Numbered from the stretch's first letter, positions 29,650 to 39,479 are shown. The stretch is DNA of 64,000 bases from Candidatus Thorarchaeota archaeon (GCA_048882045.1 JBHLRZ010000001.1:160001-224000), one strand, 5' to 3'. Translations and numbers: made by a program. Notes: generated by a model from the sequence alone, not told the origin.

Positions 29650-30909
29650 ATGACAAATTACAAGGTAAAAGACATTGGACTTGCTGAAGAGGGGCGTATG
29701 CTGATCGAGTATGCCGAGAAGCACATGCCAGTGTTGATGCATCTTCGCAAGAAGTACTCAAAGTCCCAACCACTGAAGGGCATGAAGATTGCTGGGTGTC
29801 TTCATGTGACAAAGGAAACAGCAGTTCTTGTAGAAACACTTCGGGCTGCTGGAGCTGAGGTCGCATGGTCGGGCTGTAATCCACTCTCCACAAACGACAA
29901 GGTAGCAGCTGGTCTGGCTGCTAATGATGTGCCAGTGTTTGCGTGGCATAATCTCAACACCGAGGAGTACTACTGGTGCATAGAGCAGACTTTGAAGACA
30001 GAGCCTACATTGACCCTTGATGATGGTGCAGATCTCATTTTTACACTTCACAACAAACACACAGAGCTCATTCCCAATCTGTATGGCGGTTCTGAAGAAA
30101 CCACAACAGGTGTGATTCGAGTCCGTGCTATGGCAGATGATGGAGCTCTCAAGTATCCGATAATGGCTGTCAACGACGCAGATACAAAGCACCTGTTTGA
30201 CAATGTATATGGGACTGGGCAGAGTGTCTTTGATGGCGTCATGAGAGCTTCAGCTATCCTGATTGCTGGAAAGACCGTTGTCATTGGTGGTTACGGCTAC
30301 TGCGGTCGTGGAATGGCTGATCGTGCAAGAGGACTTGGTGCAAACGTAATCGTCACTGAAGTAGATCCTGTCCGTGCTCTGCAAGCACGAATGGATGGAT
30401 TCAGAGTCATGAAGATGAGTGACGCTGCTCCTGAAGGAGACTTATTCCTCACAGCAACAGGAATGAAGGATATTGTCACTGGTGAGCACTTCAAGGTCAT
30501 GAAAGACGGTGCTATGTTTGGTAATGCTGGACACTATAATGTCGAGATAAACGAACCAGATCTCATTGCTCAGAGTAAAGGTCCGAAGAGGAGAGTTCGT
30601 CATGCTCTTGACGAGTATGAGCTCAAGGACGGTCGCCGCCTCTACTTATTGGGAGAGGGGCGATTGGTAAACCTGGCTGCTGCAGAAGGACACCCAAGCG
30701 AGGTTATGGATCTCTCATTTGCATCTCAGTTGAACGCTATGATCTGGATGACCAAGCATGGTAAAGACCTCAAACCAGCGGTGTACGAGTTCCCTAAGGA
30801 ACTGGACAACGAAACTGCATTGGCCAAACTCGAAACAATGGGCATCAGCATAGACCAATGGACAGAAGAGCAAGAACGCTATGCAAAAGCATACGCTGAA
30901 GGTACTTAG
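29650..30909 (+). CDS. ahcY: Adenosylhomocysteinase
   Basis: GCLHVT.ET, CNPLST, LDDGAD, EETTTG, KHLFDN.YGTGQS, GYGYCGRG, NAGH, GRLVNL.AAEGHPSEVMDLSF. Confidence 0.97.
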   Translation: MTNYKVKDIGLAEEGRMLIEYAEKHMPVLMHLRKKYSKSQPLKGMKIAGCLHVTKETAVLVETLRAAGAEVAWSGCNPLSTNDKVAAGLAANDVPVFAWHNLNTEEYYWCIEQTLKTEPTLTLDDGADLIFTLHNKHTELIPNLYGGSEETTTGVIRVRAMADDGALKYPIMAVNDADTKHLFDNVYGTGQSVFDGVMRASAILIAGKTVVIGGYGYCGRGMADRARGLGANVIVTEVDPVRALQARMDGFRVMKMSDAAPEGDLFLTATGMKDIVTGEHFKVMKDGAMFGNAGHYNVEINEPDLIAQSKGPKRRVRHALDEYELKDGRRLYLLGEGRLVNLAAAEGHPSEVMDLSFASQLNAMIWMTKHGKDLKPAVYEFPKELDNETALAKLETMGISIDQWTEEQERYAKAYAEGT

Positions 30910-30917
30910 AACAAAGT

Positions 30918-30953
30918 GAGTGGGACATGAATTCCCACTCGATCTTTTTCTTT
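30918..30953 (+). terminator. Hairpin GAGTGGGA-CATGAAT-TCCCACTC plus T-tract after ahcY
   Basis: Perfect 8-bp stem followed by GATCTTTTTCTTT. Confidence 0.6.
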
Positions 30954-31104
30954 GCTTAAAAGTCTGATTTCATTTCTTGGTTCCATGAAGGTACTATTTG
31001 GATGATGTGCGTAAAGAATTAGAAAGAGAGATACTGAAACCCTTTCCCTTTTATTGTGCTGTTCACGTTCTATAATCATTTTATTATTCTAGGTTTGATA
31101 TCAT

Positions 31105-31680
31105 ATGACTAAAATCAAGATTGATCAAAGATTTTCTCCCTATCAAATGCCAAGTGTGATTATAGGTACAATCGTGAATGACCGGCCTAACTTCATGTTA
31201 TGTACTTGGGCAAGTCGTGTTAATCGAAATCCACCTACGTGGATGGTTTCAATTAATACAAAACATTACACGATGACTGGCATTAGAAAGAACAAAGTAT
31301 TCAGTATGAATCTGCCTTCAGCCAATCTTATTCAGCTAGCTGATTACATAGGTACCAATTCGGGACGTGAAATAGACAAGTCTTCACTGTTTGAGATATT
31401 CTATGGTGAAACAAAAGCTCCAATGATAATGGAGTGTGTTCTCAATATGGAACTTGAGGTTATGCAGATAATAGAACTGCCGGATCACTTCGTGGTTCTG
31501 GGGACTGCTGTGACTTCCTATGTTGATGATAGGAATATGACCGATAACAAACCAGACTTGAAGAAGATGAATCCTGTTGTTTACACCGGGGCTGAAAAGC
31601 AACCAACATATTGGACGCTTGGTGAAAAGATTGGAGATGCTTTTAAACTGGGAAAAGAATTCAAGGGACTCAAAACCTGA
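31105..31680 (+). CDS. Flavin reductase family (flavoredoxin-like) protein
   Basis: P..IIGT...PNFM..W, HYT..GI.....FS.N.P, SGR..DK, AP.I.EC, H..V.G. Confidence 0.85.
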   Translation: MTKIKIDQRFSPYQMPSVIIGTIVNDRPNFMLCTWASRVNRNPPTWMVSINTKHYTMTGIRKNKVFSMNLPSANLIQLADYIGTNSGREIDKSSLFEIFYGETKAPMIMECVLNMELEVMQIIELPDHFVVLGTAVTSYVDDRNMTDNKPDLKKMNPVVYTGAEKQPTYWTLGEKIGDAFKLGKEFKGLKT

Positions 31681-31730
31681 GGAGAGAATAGTTGTAGAAG
31701 GTTAATCAGGAAGAGTTCTTTCTATTGTCG

Positions 31731-31965
31731 CCCTTAGGTCCCTTTTCCTTCCTTCGTTTTAGTTTGAGGGTTGTGACCATTCCTTTCTCCTTGAGGTCCT
31801 TCTTGGATATATCTCCTTCTGACATAGAGAAGAATTTACTTCCATATTGCTTCACTTTCTCCCAATCTATGGGGAAGCCTAGACCAGGTTCCTGTGGAAT
31901 CTTTAAAAACCATCAGAGGGTATGATAGATAATGTGAGGATACCATCTCTGAATTCAGGTGTCCA
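31731..31965 (-). pseudogene. 3'-end fragment of the mandelate-racemase-family gene (diverged copy of 33040..33275)
   Basis: Collinear with the 3' end of 33036..34274; 26 bp identical at the junction (ataccatctctgaattcaggtgtcca); 1-bp deletion near 31905. Confidence 0.85.
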
Positions 31966-32177
31966 AGCGAGGTTATGGATCTCTGATTTGCATCTCAGTT
32001 GAACACGATGATCTGGATGGCAAAGAAAGGTAAGGACCTCAAACCGGCCGTCTATGAGTTTCCGAAGGAGCTTGACAATGTAACAGCCATGGCAAAATTG
32101 GAAACCATGAGAATCTCCATTGACAAGTGGACCGAAGAACAGGAGCGATATGCCAAAGCATACGCACAGGTACTTAA
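31963..32177 (+). pseudogene. ahcY: 3'-end fragment of ahcY (diverged copy of 30694..30909)
   Basis: Encodes ...IWMAKKGKDLKPAVYEFPKELDN..AMAKLETM.ISID.WTEEQERYAKAYA; TCA->TGA at 31984, 1-bp deletion near the end, no 5' part. Confidence 0.9.
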
Positions 32178-32355
32178 TTGAGAGAAAGGATCTATAGAGA
32201 GTATTCTTTCTCTAATTTCCTTATCATTTTTCCCCAAGATCAGAGTTAAACATCATCCAAGATTGTGCTTTCTCATATTTCGTGACATAATTTTGTTGAC
32301 CCAACAATAGCCAGCTGATAGTATCCATTCTACCAGTTGCGGAGTCGAATCTGTA

Positions 32356-32991
32356 TCATTCGATTTCAATTCCAGCAGAATCAGAAGACTCCTCTCGAAC
32401 CATCTCAGCTAATAATCTGATACGTACGCGGCCATGGTACTTCTTGAGGAGTCTGTTTGACGGATCTAGAACCACTGCCTGTCCGATAGATTTGTCAGCA
32501 TCCAGAAATCGCTCAAACCCGTAAAGAAGACCACCAAGCATCCACCAAGCATCAGAAAAACTCGGGTCATATTCGAGCGCTTTTCTTAGGACCTTCTCGG
32601 ATTCAATCATCTCATCAAGAAAAGCATTTGTTGATGCCCATAATCGCCAAGAGTCAAGATCATTCGGATTCTTCTTTGTCTGTTTCTTGGCAGTCTTCAT
32701 CATCTTCCTCAACTCTTTGGGTGTGAGGTGAAGGGGATCCTGATTTAAAATTTTGAACAAGATGTGATTGAATGGCAGTAACATCAGCATTCTTTCTCGA
32801 ACCTCTACACGCACAAAATACCTACCGAATACTTCTTGCATCTGCCGCGATGTAAGAGGGACTCCAACTTGATACCGATGTCTTGGTTCGACATGCTGCC
32901 AAGCTTTTGACATCAAGCTCTTCACAAGTAGAATTTCAGGATTCCTGAAGAAGTCTTCAGGGATGTCTTGTATTTCGAGGAAGTCATACAC
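32356..32991 (-). CDS. TPR-repeat protein
   Basis: NPNDLDSW...ALEYDPSFSDAWWMLG...AVVLDP TPR pattern. Confidence 0.75.
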   Translation of the reverse strand: MYDFLEIQDIPEDFFRNPEILLVKSLMSKAWQHVEPRHRYQVGVPLTSRQMQEVFGRYFVRVEVRERMLMLLPFNHILFKILNQDPLHLTPKELRKMMKTAKKQTKKNPNDLDSWRLWASTNAFLDEMIESEKVLRKALEYDPSFSDAWWMLGGLLYGFERFLDADKSIGQAVVLDPSNRLLKKYHGRVRIRLLAEMVREESSDSAGIEIE

Positions 32992-33035
32992 GAAAATCCC
33001 TCTTTATGTTCTAACGGTTGCATCTTCCTCTGTTA

Positions 33036-34274
33036 TCATCCCTTCGACTCCTTGTCCTTTCTTCTCTTGAGTTTGAGAGCTGTGACCATTCCTTTCTCCT
33101 TGAGGACCTTCTTGGATAAGTCGCCTTCAGACATAGAGAAAAATTTCCGCCCAAATCGCCTGACTTTCTCCCAGTCAATGGGAAGACCAAGACCAGGTCC
33201 TTGTGGAAGGTCCAAGTAGCCATCAGATGGAATGATGGGAGATACGAGTATACCATCTCTGAATTCAGGTGTCCATGATCCAGGTTCATGTGGATATTCC
33301 AGGGGCTGTTCTCCACCTGTCAATGCATGGACATGCATGTTTGTCATGAGACCAAGTCCGTTGGTCCAAGTGTGAGGGCTGAAGCCAAGTCCTTTGCTTG
33401 TTGCGGCCTCAAGTGTCTTCAGAGTATCTTTGAAACCAAAAACAGTGACGTCAGGTTGATAGATGTCGAAACTATCGAAATGAAGGAACATTCGAGCCTC
33501 ATGCCATCCCGCATTGAGTTCAGCACCTGCTAACTTGATGGGACTGTATTTTCTGAGCTCTGCCATTTCCTCGTATGCATGCCAGTCGAGGGGCTCTTCT
33601 AACCAGTGAATATTCTGATCACTCACACCATCGACGAATTTCTTTGCTCGGGCTAGGTTCCAGAGGGGAGGTCTGTCTACAATGGTCACAGCCCAACCTT
33701 GGTTCGCATCGACCATCAGTGGGAAGTCTGGGTCTATCAGCGACCGAGTGTCGCGTATTGCTTTGATGTCTTCTTCAATGGTCTTTGACTTCACACGAAG
33801 CTTGACTCCTTTGTAGCCTTCTTCATGTGCCTGTCTGGCTATCTTTGCATGATGCTTCGGATCGCACACAGAACCTGTGGACCAATAGACTGGAATAGGT
33901 TTGTCCTTTCCCCCAAGCATCTTCCAGACAGGAACATCCTCGGACTGAGCCTTGATATCATAGAACGCTGCTTCCATCCAGTAGTTTCTCCATCCTAAGT
34001 AGGATGCCTCTTTGATTCTCTGGTGTGCCAAATCAAGGTCACAAGGATCCACTCCAAGAACATAGGGAGCTAGTAAACCACCAAGACCTTCTCGCTCCTC
34101 CCCAAATGCCACACCTGCAGCGTTTCCAGTCAGACCTGTATCTGTTGTCAGTTGGAGGAGGGTGAATCGATTGTGGGTCTGTGGATATCCCGGTATCCAA
34201 GAAGAATAGAATGGTTTCTTGAGTGGGATTGAAATGTGATACATGTCGACCTGTGTTATCTTCATACGACGCAC
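33036..34274 (-). CDS. Mandelate racemase/muconate lactonizing enzyme (enolase superfamily) protein
   Basis: PVWKMLGG, KLR, MVDANQ, WLEEP, GAE, QPD, PH. Confidence 0.9.
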   Translation of the reverse strand: MRRMKITQVDMYHISIPLKKPFYSSWIPGYPQTHNRFTLLQLTTDTGLTGNAAGVAFGEEREGLGGLLAPYVLGVDPCDLDLAHQRIKEASYLGWRNYWMEAAFYDIKAQSEDVPVWKMLGGKDKPIPVYWSTGSVCDPKHHAKIARQAHEEGYKGVKLRVKSKTIEEDIKAIRDTRSLIDPDFPLMVDANQGWAVTIVDRPPLWNLARAKKFVDGVSDQNIHWLEEPLDWHAYEEMAELRKYSPIKLAGAELNAGWHEARMFLHFDSFDIYQPDVTVFGFKDTLKTLEAATSKGLGFSPHTWTNGLGLMTNMHVHALTGGEQPLEYPHEPGSWTPEFRDGILVSPIIPSDGYLDLPQGPGLGLPIDWEKVRRFGRKFFSMSEGDLSKKVLKEKGMVTALKLKRRKDKESKG

Positions 34275-34307
34275 CTTCTTCGTCTATAGTAGAGTCGGAT
34301 TTTCGGA

Positions 34308-35201
34308 TTACGGGGCAGTGTGCTGCAACAGTTCTTGGAGTATCTTTGGTACGACCTCGGTAGGAAAGCTGTGTCCCATCCCTTCGATGATGACTAGCTT
34401 TGAATCAGGAATGCTCTTTGCGGTGTCCTTTCCAGCTTCTACTGGAACCAATGGATCTACATTGCCGTGAATGACTAGTGTTGGGATATGCACCTTACCT
34501 AGTTCCTCATTTCGACTTCCAGAAGTGAGGACAGCTCCCAACTGCCTAGAAAATCCTGCGGGATTGTAGCATCTGTCATATTGAACTCCCGCCCACTCCC
34601 GGACATAATCCTCATCCAATGGATATGTCGGCCCGTGAAGTACCTTTGCAGATTTCAGAGTGTTTGTGATGTAATCATCTCGATTAGCTACTGGAGGTGC
34701 AAGCAGAATCGCCATGGCTTCAGGCTTTGGCTGTGGTAAGTTTGGATTACCTGTTGAAGACATGATGGAAGTGAGAGTTCGCACTCGATCAGGATAATTA
34801 ATCGCAATCATCTGAGCTATCATGCCGCCCATAGACACCCCTACAATGTCTGCCTCTTTGATTCCAAGTTCATCAAGTAGACCTACAGCATCAGCTGCCA
34901 TATCATTCAGTTTGTATGGAGTTTCAACTGGTTGTCCCTGCACAAGGGCCATAATATCAGGAACACCAGCCTCATCAAACTTTGTTGACAACCCTACATC
35001 ACGGTTATCAAAGCGAATCACATATCGTCCCTGTGCTGCAATCGCCTTACAAAATGCTTCGTCCCATCGAATCATCTGAGCCCCCAGTCCCATGACTAGT
35101 AACATTGGTGGACTTGATGGATTTCCAAATGTGTCATAGGTGATTTCTACGTCACCAACCTTTGCAGTCTTTTCACCACTATATGGTATTTCTGTCAACA
35201 T
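34308..35201 (-). CDS. Alpha/beta hydrolase
   Basis: MGLG, FDNRDVGLS, GVSMGG nucleophile elbow, HG..DPLV, GMGH. Confidence 0.92.
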   Translation of the reverse strand: MLTEIPYSGEKTAKVGDVEITYDTFGNPSSPPMLLVMGLGAQMIRWDEAFCKAIAAQGRYVIRFDNRDVGLSTKFDEAGVPDIMALVQGQPVETPYKLNDMAADAVGLLDELGIKEADIVGVSMGGMIAQMIAINYPDRVRTLTSIMSSTGNPNLPQPKPEAMAILLAPPVANRDDYITNTLKSAKVLHGPTYPLDEDYVREWAGVQYDRCYNPAGFSRQLGAVLTSGSRNEELGKVHIPTLVIHGNVDPLVPVEAGKDTAKSIPDSKLVIIEGMGHSFPTEVVPKILQELLQHTAP

Positions 35202-35305
35202 TTGTCGCCTCCTAAGAATACAGTGATGCCTTTACTCATCGCACCCTATCTATCTTTCCAATAACCAGTATGGATATTGATATTAGAGTAAAGTATGACT
35301 CGAGT

Positions 35306-36502
35306 CTAAATCTCAGTTACCTTGAGGGGAGTTTTTGCTAAGACCTCGGATCCTGACTTCGTGATCAAGATTGGTGCTTCGTATCTGAAACCAATCTCAT
35401 CCTCTGGAACCATGAATTGCATAGCGCAGATCACCAACTGGTCGGGTTCATAGATGTGGTCCGGATCAGTCCAATAAGGCATCGGGCCTGTGTTCAATCC
35501 AATACGCCACTCATCTCCCATGACTCCGATTCCGTGTTCAAATCCAGGAACAAGGTACTGTGCTATCCCTTTCTCTTCTGTCCAATCCATCATCTCATCA
35601 GCCATTTTGCCCGGAGTCATTCCTGGAACATACATCTCTTCTATGACTTTGGTAATAGTTTCAATGAAGTAATCAGCGAGCTCTCTCTGTCTGTCTGTAA
35701 CCGGAGAGAGAAGATAGTTGTGAGAATGATCGCCTAAACCCAGCATGAACATAGCGTGCAGGTCAACCATAAGAGGTTCCCCCTTCACAGTTTCACGTCG
35801 GGTAGCAGGTGTACAGGCACCCATTGGATATGATGTCCGATAACCAGATGCTATTTCATTACCTGCAGTGAAGCTCCATGACCATTCGCTTCCAGCCTTC
35901 CTCATGGCAGCCTCTGCTATACCCGCTATTTCGGTTTCAGTCATGCCAACCTCGAATTGGTCGAGTACAGCCTTGTGTCCTATGTCTACGATGTCGGATG
36001 CTTTCCTGAACCGATTGACAGTACCCTTATCCTTCTTCATGGAGAGTTCGTCAATGATGTCTATGGACTGAACAAACTCAACATCTGGAAGAGCAGCCTT
36101 CAACATCTTGAACTCTTCTGCTGTGAGGTTACCTTCAGGAAGATAACAAGACATTCCATGCTCTACACCGACTCTTCTATTTCCAGAGGATGCGAGGTAT
36201 TCTGAAACTGCATCTGAAATCACATCTATCTGGTGACCGCCACCGAGAGGTCCAAATCCTCTCACGTCGTCTAACCAGCTATCATCCCTCACTCTCTCTG
36301 CATCAATGACGAAGGTATAGATTGTTGGTTCCCCAGCCTGTGGTATGATGATGAATGATCGCCAAGGACAGAAGACATCACCGACATAGCTAATTGTTCT
36401 GAGTCGAGAACCAAGGAGAACTGGAATATCTAGGTCTTGCATCTTGTCTTGGACTGCTGAGAGGCGTTTCTTATGGTCAATTGAATAGTCATAGTTCGTC
36501 AT
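35306..36502 (-). CDS. M24 (Xaa-Pro peptidase/creatinase) family protein with atypical metal site
   Basis: Creatinase-like N-domain, VGMTETEIA, VD, GD, HGIG, G.RYE..ILIT. Confidence 0.75.
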   Translation of the reverse strand: MTNYDYSIDHKKRLSAVQDKMQDLDIPVLLGSRLRTISYVGDVFCPWRSFIIIPQAGEPTIYTFVIDAERVRDDSWLDDVRGFGPLGGGHQIDVISDAVSEYLASSGNRRVGVEHGMSCYLPEGNLTAEEFKMLKAALPDVEFVQSIDIIDELSMKKDKGTVNRFRKASDIVDIGHKAVLDQFEVGMTETEIAGIAEAAMRKAGSEWSWSFTAGNEIASGYRTSYPMGACTPATRRETVKGEPLMVDLHAMFMLGLGDHSHNYLLSPVTDRQRELADYFIETITKVIEEMYVPGMTPGKMADEMMDWTEEKGIAQYLVPGFEHGIGVMGDEWRIGLNTGPMPYWTDPDHIYEPDQLVICAMQFMVPEDEIGFRYEAPILITKSGSEVLAKTPLKVTEI

Positions 36503-36511
36503 AAATGCACC

Positions 36512-36931
36512 TCAGTAGTCGGTAGGGACCCTTGCGATTATCTTGTTCAACTTGTCAACCACACTGGACAGACGTAGAGCCTTTACCATGTTCCCCTTCA
36601 GCTTGATTCTATTGCGCATCAGGGCTGATCTTGCACCGAGCTCGGCTTTCGAGATTTTGGCAAACGTATCATACTCCCCAATGATTCTGAACTCGGGATT
36701 CTTAGACGCAACTTCATCATCATCTGTACCAACCAGCCCCTCAGCTAATAGTCCATCTTCAAAGCGGAAGTACATGTAGCGTCTTTTTCCATCGGGACAG
36801 TTCTCAACTATATTGACCATTGAGGAGGAAACGTGTTTCATCTCCTCAGAAGTAAGGTTTTCTTTTACAAGCTCTATTACAGCATCCATCCATTCCTGTG
36901 AGAGATATTTCAGATTCTCAGACATTTTCAA
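36512..36931 (-). CDS. SCP2 sterol/lipid-binding domain protein
   Basis: YLSQEW, PEFRI.G.Y..F..I...EL....ALM...IKLKG.M.KALR. Confidence 0.8.
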   Translation of the reverse strand: MKMSENLKYLSQEWMDAVIELVKENLTSEEMKHVSSSMVNIVENCPDGKRRYMYFRFEDGLLAEGLVGTDDDEVASKNPEFRIIGEYDTFAKISKAELGARSALMRNRIKLKGNMVKALRLSSVVDKLNKIIARVPTDY

Positions 36932-37008
36932 CGCATCCGTGATTTGTCGTAACTCTCTCTGGAAAAGTGGTGATAGAAATAGATTACTACAGACACAGTT
37001 GGGTGGGA

Positions 37009-37824
37009 TTACTTCTTGCTCTCTTTGGGTGCCTTTACCCGTGATGCAACATCTACACCATCATTCTCAGCCATTCTAAGAAGAAGAGGAATGAGGGAAA
37101 GATCGATGGAAACGAGGTAGGCTAGTTTCTTGTGTGTGTAAGTCCTAGCGCCACTAGAAAGCAGCTCCCAGAGTCGGCGGTATGAGTACTTCAATTTGTG
37201 ATAGTCGTTCTTAAGCATACTAAACCCATTCGGACTTTCGAGTGCATCCTTGATGATTTGCTCATAGTATGATGTATCAATATCTATGCCCTCTGAAATA
37301 AAGGTCCCATATTGTAAATCATAGATTGTAGGCCTCATGCCAGTCACATAATCAATCTCATCAAAGGTAATCACGAAAGAGGCGGGTTTCTCTTCTTCTG
37401 TGAACAAGGAATCAATCTGGTCCTTCACAACTCGACCAATGCTCTTGTTCTTGTGAATGAGATAAAACGAATTTCCGGCAATGAGTTGAGCGGAAATGTG
37501 AGCAAATGCCTTGATTGCTTGATCCTGTTTGTCACCAAAAGAGCTAATGAAGGATTTGAGGTCAAGAGTGTCCTCCTGCAACTTGACCTCCTTGTCTGGC
37601 TTGGTCTCTGTAGCTTGTTTTAGTGTTGGATATTCAACTCCCCTAGCCTTTAGATTCATGTCCAAGTAGACCATGATTGCATGAGAGGGGTCACCATGGA
37701 CCGAGATGACTGAGATGAGTCCAGTCTTGGCTCTCTCCATATCTTCTGCAGATATTTCTAGAGGAACGTTCTGTTGACATTCGTTACAGAAGACGTATAC
37801 CTCCTTTGGCTCAGACTCGACCAT
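37009..37824 (-). CDS. Hypothetical protein with N-terminal CxxC...H...H putative Zn-binding domain
   Basis: CNEC...GLISVISVHGDPSHAIMVYLD...RGVE; 271-aa ORF. Confidence 0.6.
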   Translation of the reverse strand: MVESEPKEVYVFCNECQQNVPLEISAEDMERAKTGLISVISVHGDPSHAIMVYLDMNLKARGVEYPTLKQATETKPDKEVKLQEDTLDLKSFISSFGDKQDQAIKAFAHISAQLIAGNSFYLIHKNKSIGRVVKDQIDSLFTEEEKPASFVITFDEIDYVTGMRPTIYDLQYGTFISEGIDIDTSYYEQIIKDALESPNGFSMLKNDYHKLKYSYRRLWELLSSGARTYTHKKLAYLVSIDLSLIPLLLRMAENDGVDVASRVKAPKESKK

Positions 37825-37899
37825 ACTGGTTGACTAGACGAGACTCTTGATAATAAGTCATATTCGCATCTCATCGATAATACACACGTGCCTCAGAGG

Positions 37900-38427
37900 T
37901 TAGGTCAGTTTTAGTTTGAATGTCTTCTCAAACTTCTTGAGCTTGGGAGCAATCACGACTCGACAATATCCCTGGCTCGGATTGTTTCTGTAGTAGTTCT
38001 GATGGTAGTCTTCCGCTTGGAAGAACTTCTCGAATGAAGCTATCTCGGTCACAATTGGACTCTTCCAAGTCCCACTATCATCGAGATCTTTCTTGACCCG
38101 TTCAGCAATTTCCCTCTGTTCTTCGCTATGGTAGAATATGACGGACCGATACTGTGTTCCAACGTCATTTCCTTGACGGTTGAGGGTTGTAGGGTCATGA
38201 GTATTGAAAAAGACTTCAAGCAATTCCTCATATGAAATCTGTCCAGGATCGAACTGAATCTGACAGACTTCAGCATGTCCTGTTCTTCCTGTTGTGACTT
38301 GTTGATATGAGGGGTTTTCTACGTGTCCACCGGAATATCCTGATGTGACTGATTCAACACCCTTCAATTGCTGAAACACTGCTTCAGTACACCAGAAGCA
38401 TCCTGATCCAAGAGTAGTAGTTTCCAT
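37900..38427 (-). CDS. msrA: Peptide-methionine (S)-S-oxide reductase
   Basis: GCFWC, TGHAE, HDPT..NRQGNDVGTQYRS, AEDYHQ.Y, GYC. Confidence 0.97.
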   Translation of the reverse strand: METTTLGSGCFWCTEAVFQQLKGVESVTSGYSGGHVENPSYQQVTTGRTGHAEVCQIQFDPGQISYEELLEVFFNTHDPTTLNRQGNDVGTQYRSVIFYHSEEQREIAERVKKDLDDSGTWKSPIVTEIASFEKFFQAEDYHQNYYRNNPSQGYCRVVIAPKLKKFEKTFKLKLT

Positions 38428-38503
38428 ACTATTGTCTTCGCGTTTGTACTAATCAACTAGTGGAAAGAGGAAATGAAATGTAACCCAAAGATTTTCACAC
38501 TTT

Positions 38504-38968
38504 ATGTGCAATAGTAATAGTATGACTCTCGATTATGATCTGATGCAGCGACTAGTAGAAGACCTCAATGTGGGAATTTGTGTCCTCGATAAGGACGACA
38601 ATATTGTGGTATTCAATCGTAAGGCCGGTGAGCAATTACACCAAGACAATAAGAGCCGAATCAGTTCATCCATTTTACGCTGTCATCCAGAACGGGCTGA
38701 AGCAGGAGTACTCAAGATGATTGGGGAGCTGAAGAGTGGGAAACTCGAAAAGTACGAGGGGTGGGTCCATTTCATTGGTAGACATTTCTATGAGTACATC
38801 TATCCCATCAAAGACGACAATGGTAAGTATCTTGCAACTGTGATGGAGCTACATGATGCTGCTGAGAGAGCAGAATATCTTAGAATAACTGAAGGCTGGA
38901 ATCCCCCAGAAGAGCACGGACTCGGAGAGAGCTCACCAAGGGCGCCATTTCCTAAGAAGTTCAAGTAA
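38504..38968 (+). CDS. Stand-alone PAS-domain protein (start possibly 38522)
   Basis: GICVLD.DD.IV.FN, I..CHP motif, PI.DD.G.Y...E. Confidence 0.75.
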   Translation: MCNSNSMTLDYDLMQRLVEDLNVGICVLDKDDNIVVFNRKAGEQLHQDNKSRISSSILRCHPERAEAGVLKMIGELKSGKLEKYEGWVHFIGRHFYEYIYPIKDDNGKYLATVMELHDAAERAEYLRITEGWNPPEEHGLGESSPRAPFPKKFK

Positions 38969-39479
38969 ATGAGTCGTCACCCTTACTTATTGACCCGGGT
39001 TTAAGCAGTGCCCTTAGGATGTAACCAATGAACCCAATAAGACCAGCAATCAAACAGAAATTATACACTGCTCCAAACGTGAACAGATTTACGAATGGAT
39101 TTCCTAGAACTGGGAAGAAAGGATTCATTTCAGCATAGAGAAACGAATCAAGAAAGACATGGGAATATGTGCCCACAAAGCTTGCTCCAATGATGTGACG
39201 GAGAGATGATGTCTGATGGAGTCCGAATAATGATACGATACTATTCAGATATTTGCGAAATGGGTACACAAATCCTGAAAGAACCAGCGCAGCAATCGTT
39301 GCTCCAAGATATGTGTGAAAGAATCCATGAAGAGGATATGGCAAACTAAGGAACATGATGGCCATTGGTTCCAGATCAACAATCACACTTGCTATCATTA
39401 ATGTGACCAAATCAACAAAGGGAAAGAGAAGAATTCCTAGAAGAAGACTAGGACCGAAGTGGTAAGGTGTGAATGGCAT
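38961..39479 (-). CDS. Membrane metal-dependent hydrolase (DUF4184/YdjM-like)
   Basis: MPFTPYHFGP start, D.EP, LHGFFHT, SHVFLDS, MNPFFP. Confidence 0.78.
   Translation of the reverse strand: MPFTPYHFGPSLLLGILLFPFVDLVTLMIASVIVDLEPMAIMFLSLPYPLHGFFHTYLGATIAALVLSGFVYPFRKYLNSIVSLFGLHQTSSLRHIIGASFVGTYSHVFLDSFLYAEMNPFFPVLGNPFVNLFTFGAVYNFCLIAGLIGFIGYILRALLKPGSISKGDDSFT

Noticed and set aside
31981-31990. In-frame TGA in the ahcY-like fragment as Sec recoding
   Set aside because: It replaces a Ser codon (TCA) in a 5'-truncated, frameshifted fragment, so it is pseudogene decay
30910-32355. Transposon/integrative element explaining the duplication
   Set aside because: No transposase or integrase, terminal inverted repeats or att-like tRNA site visible
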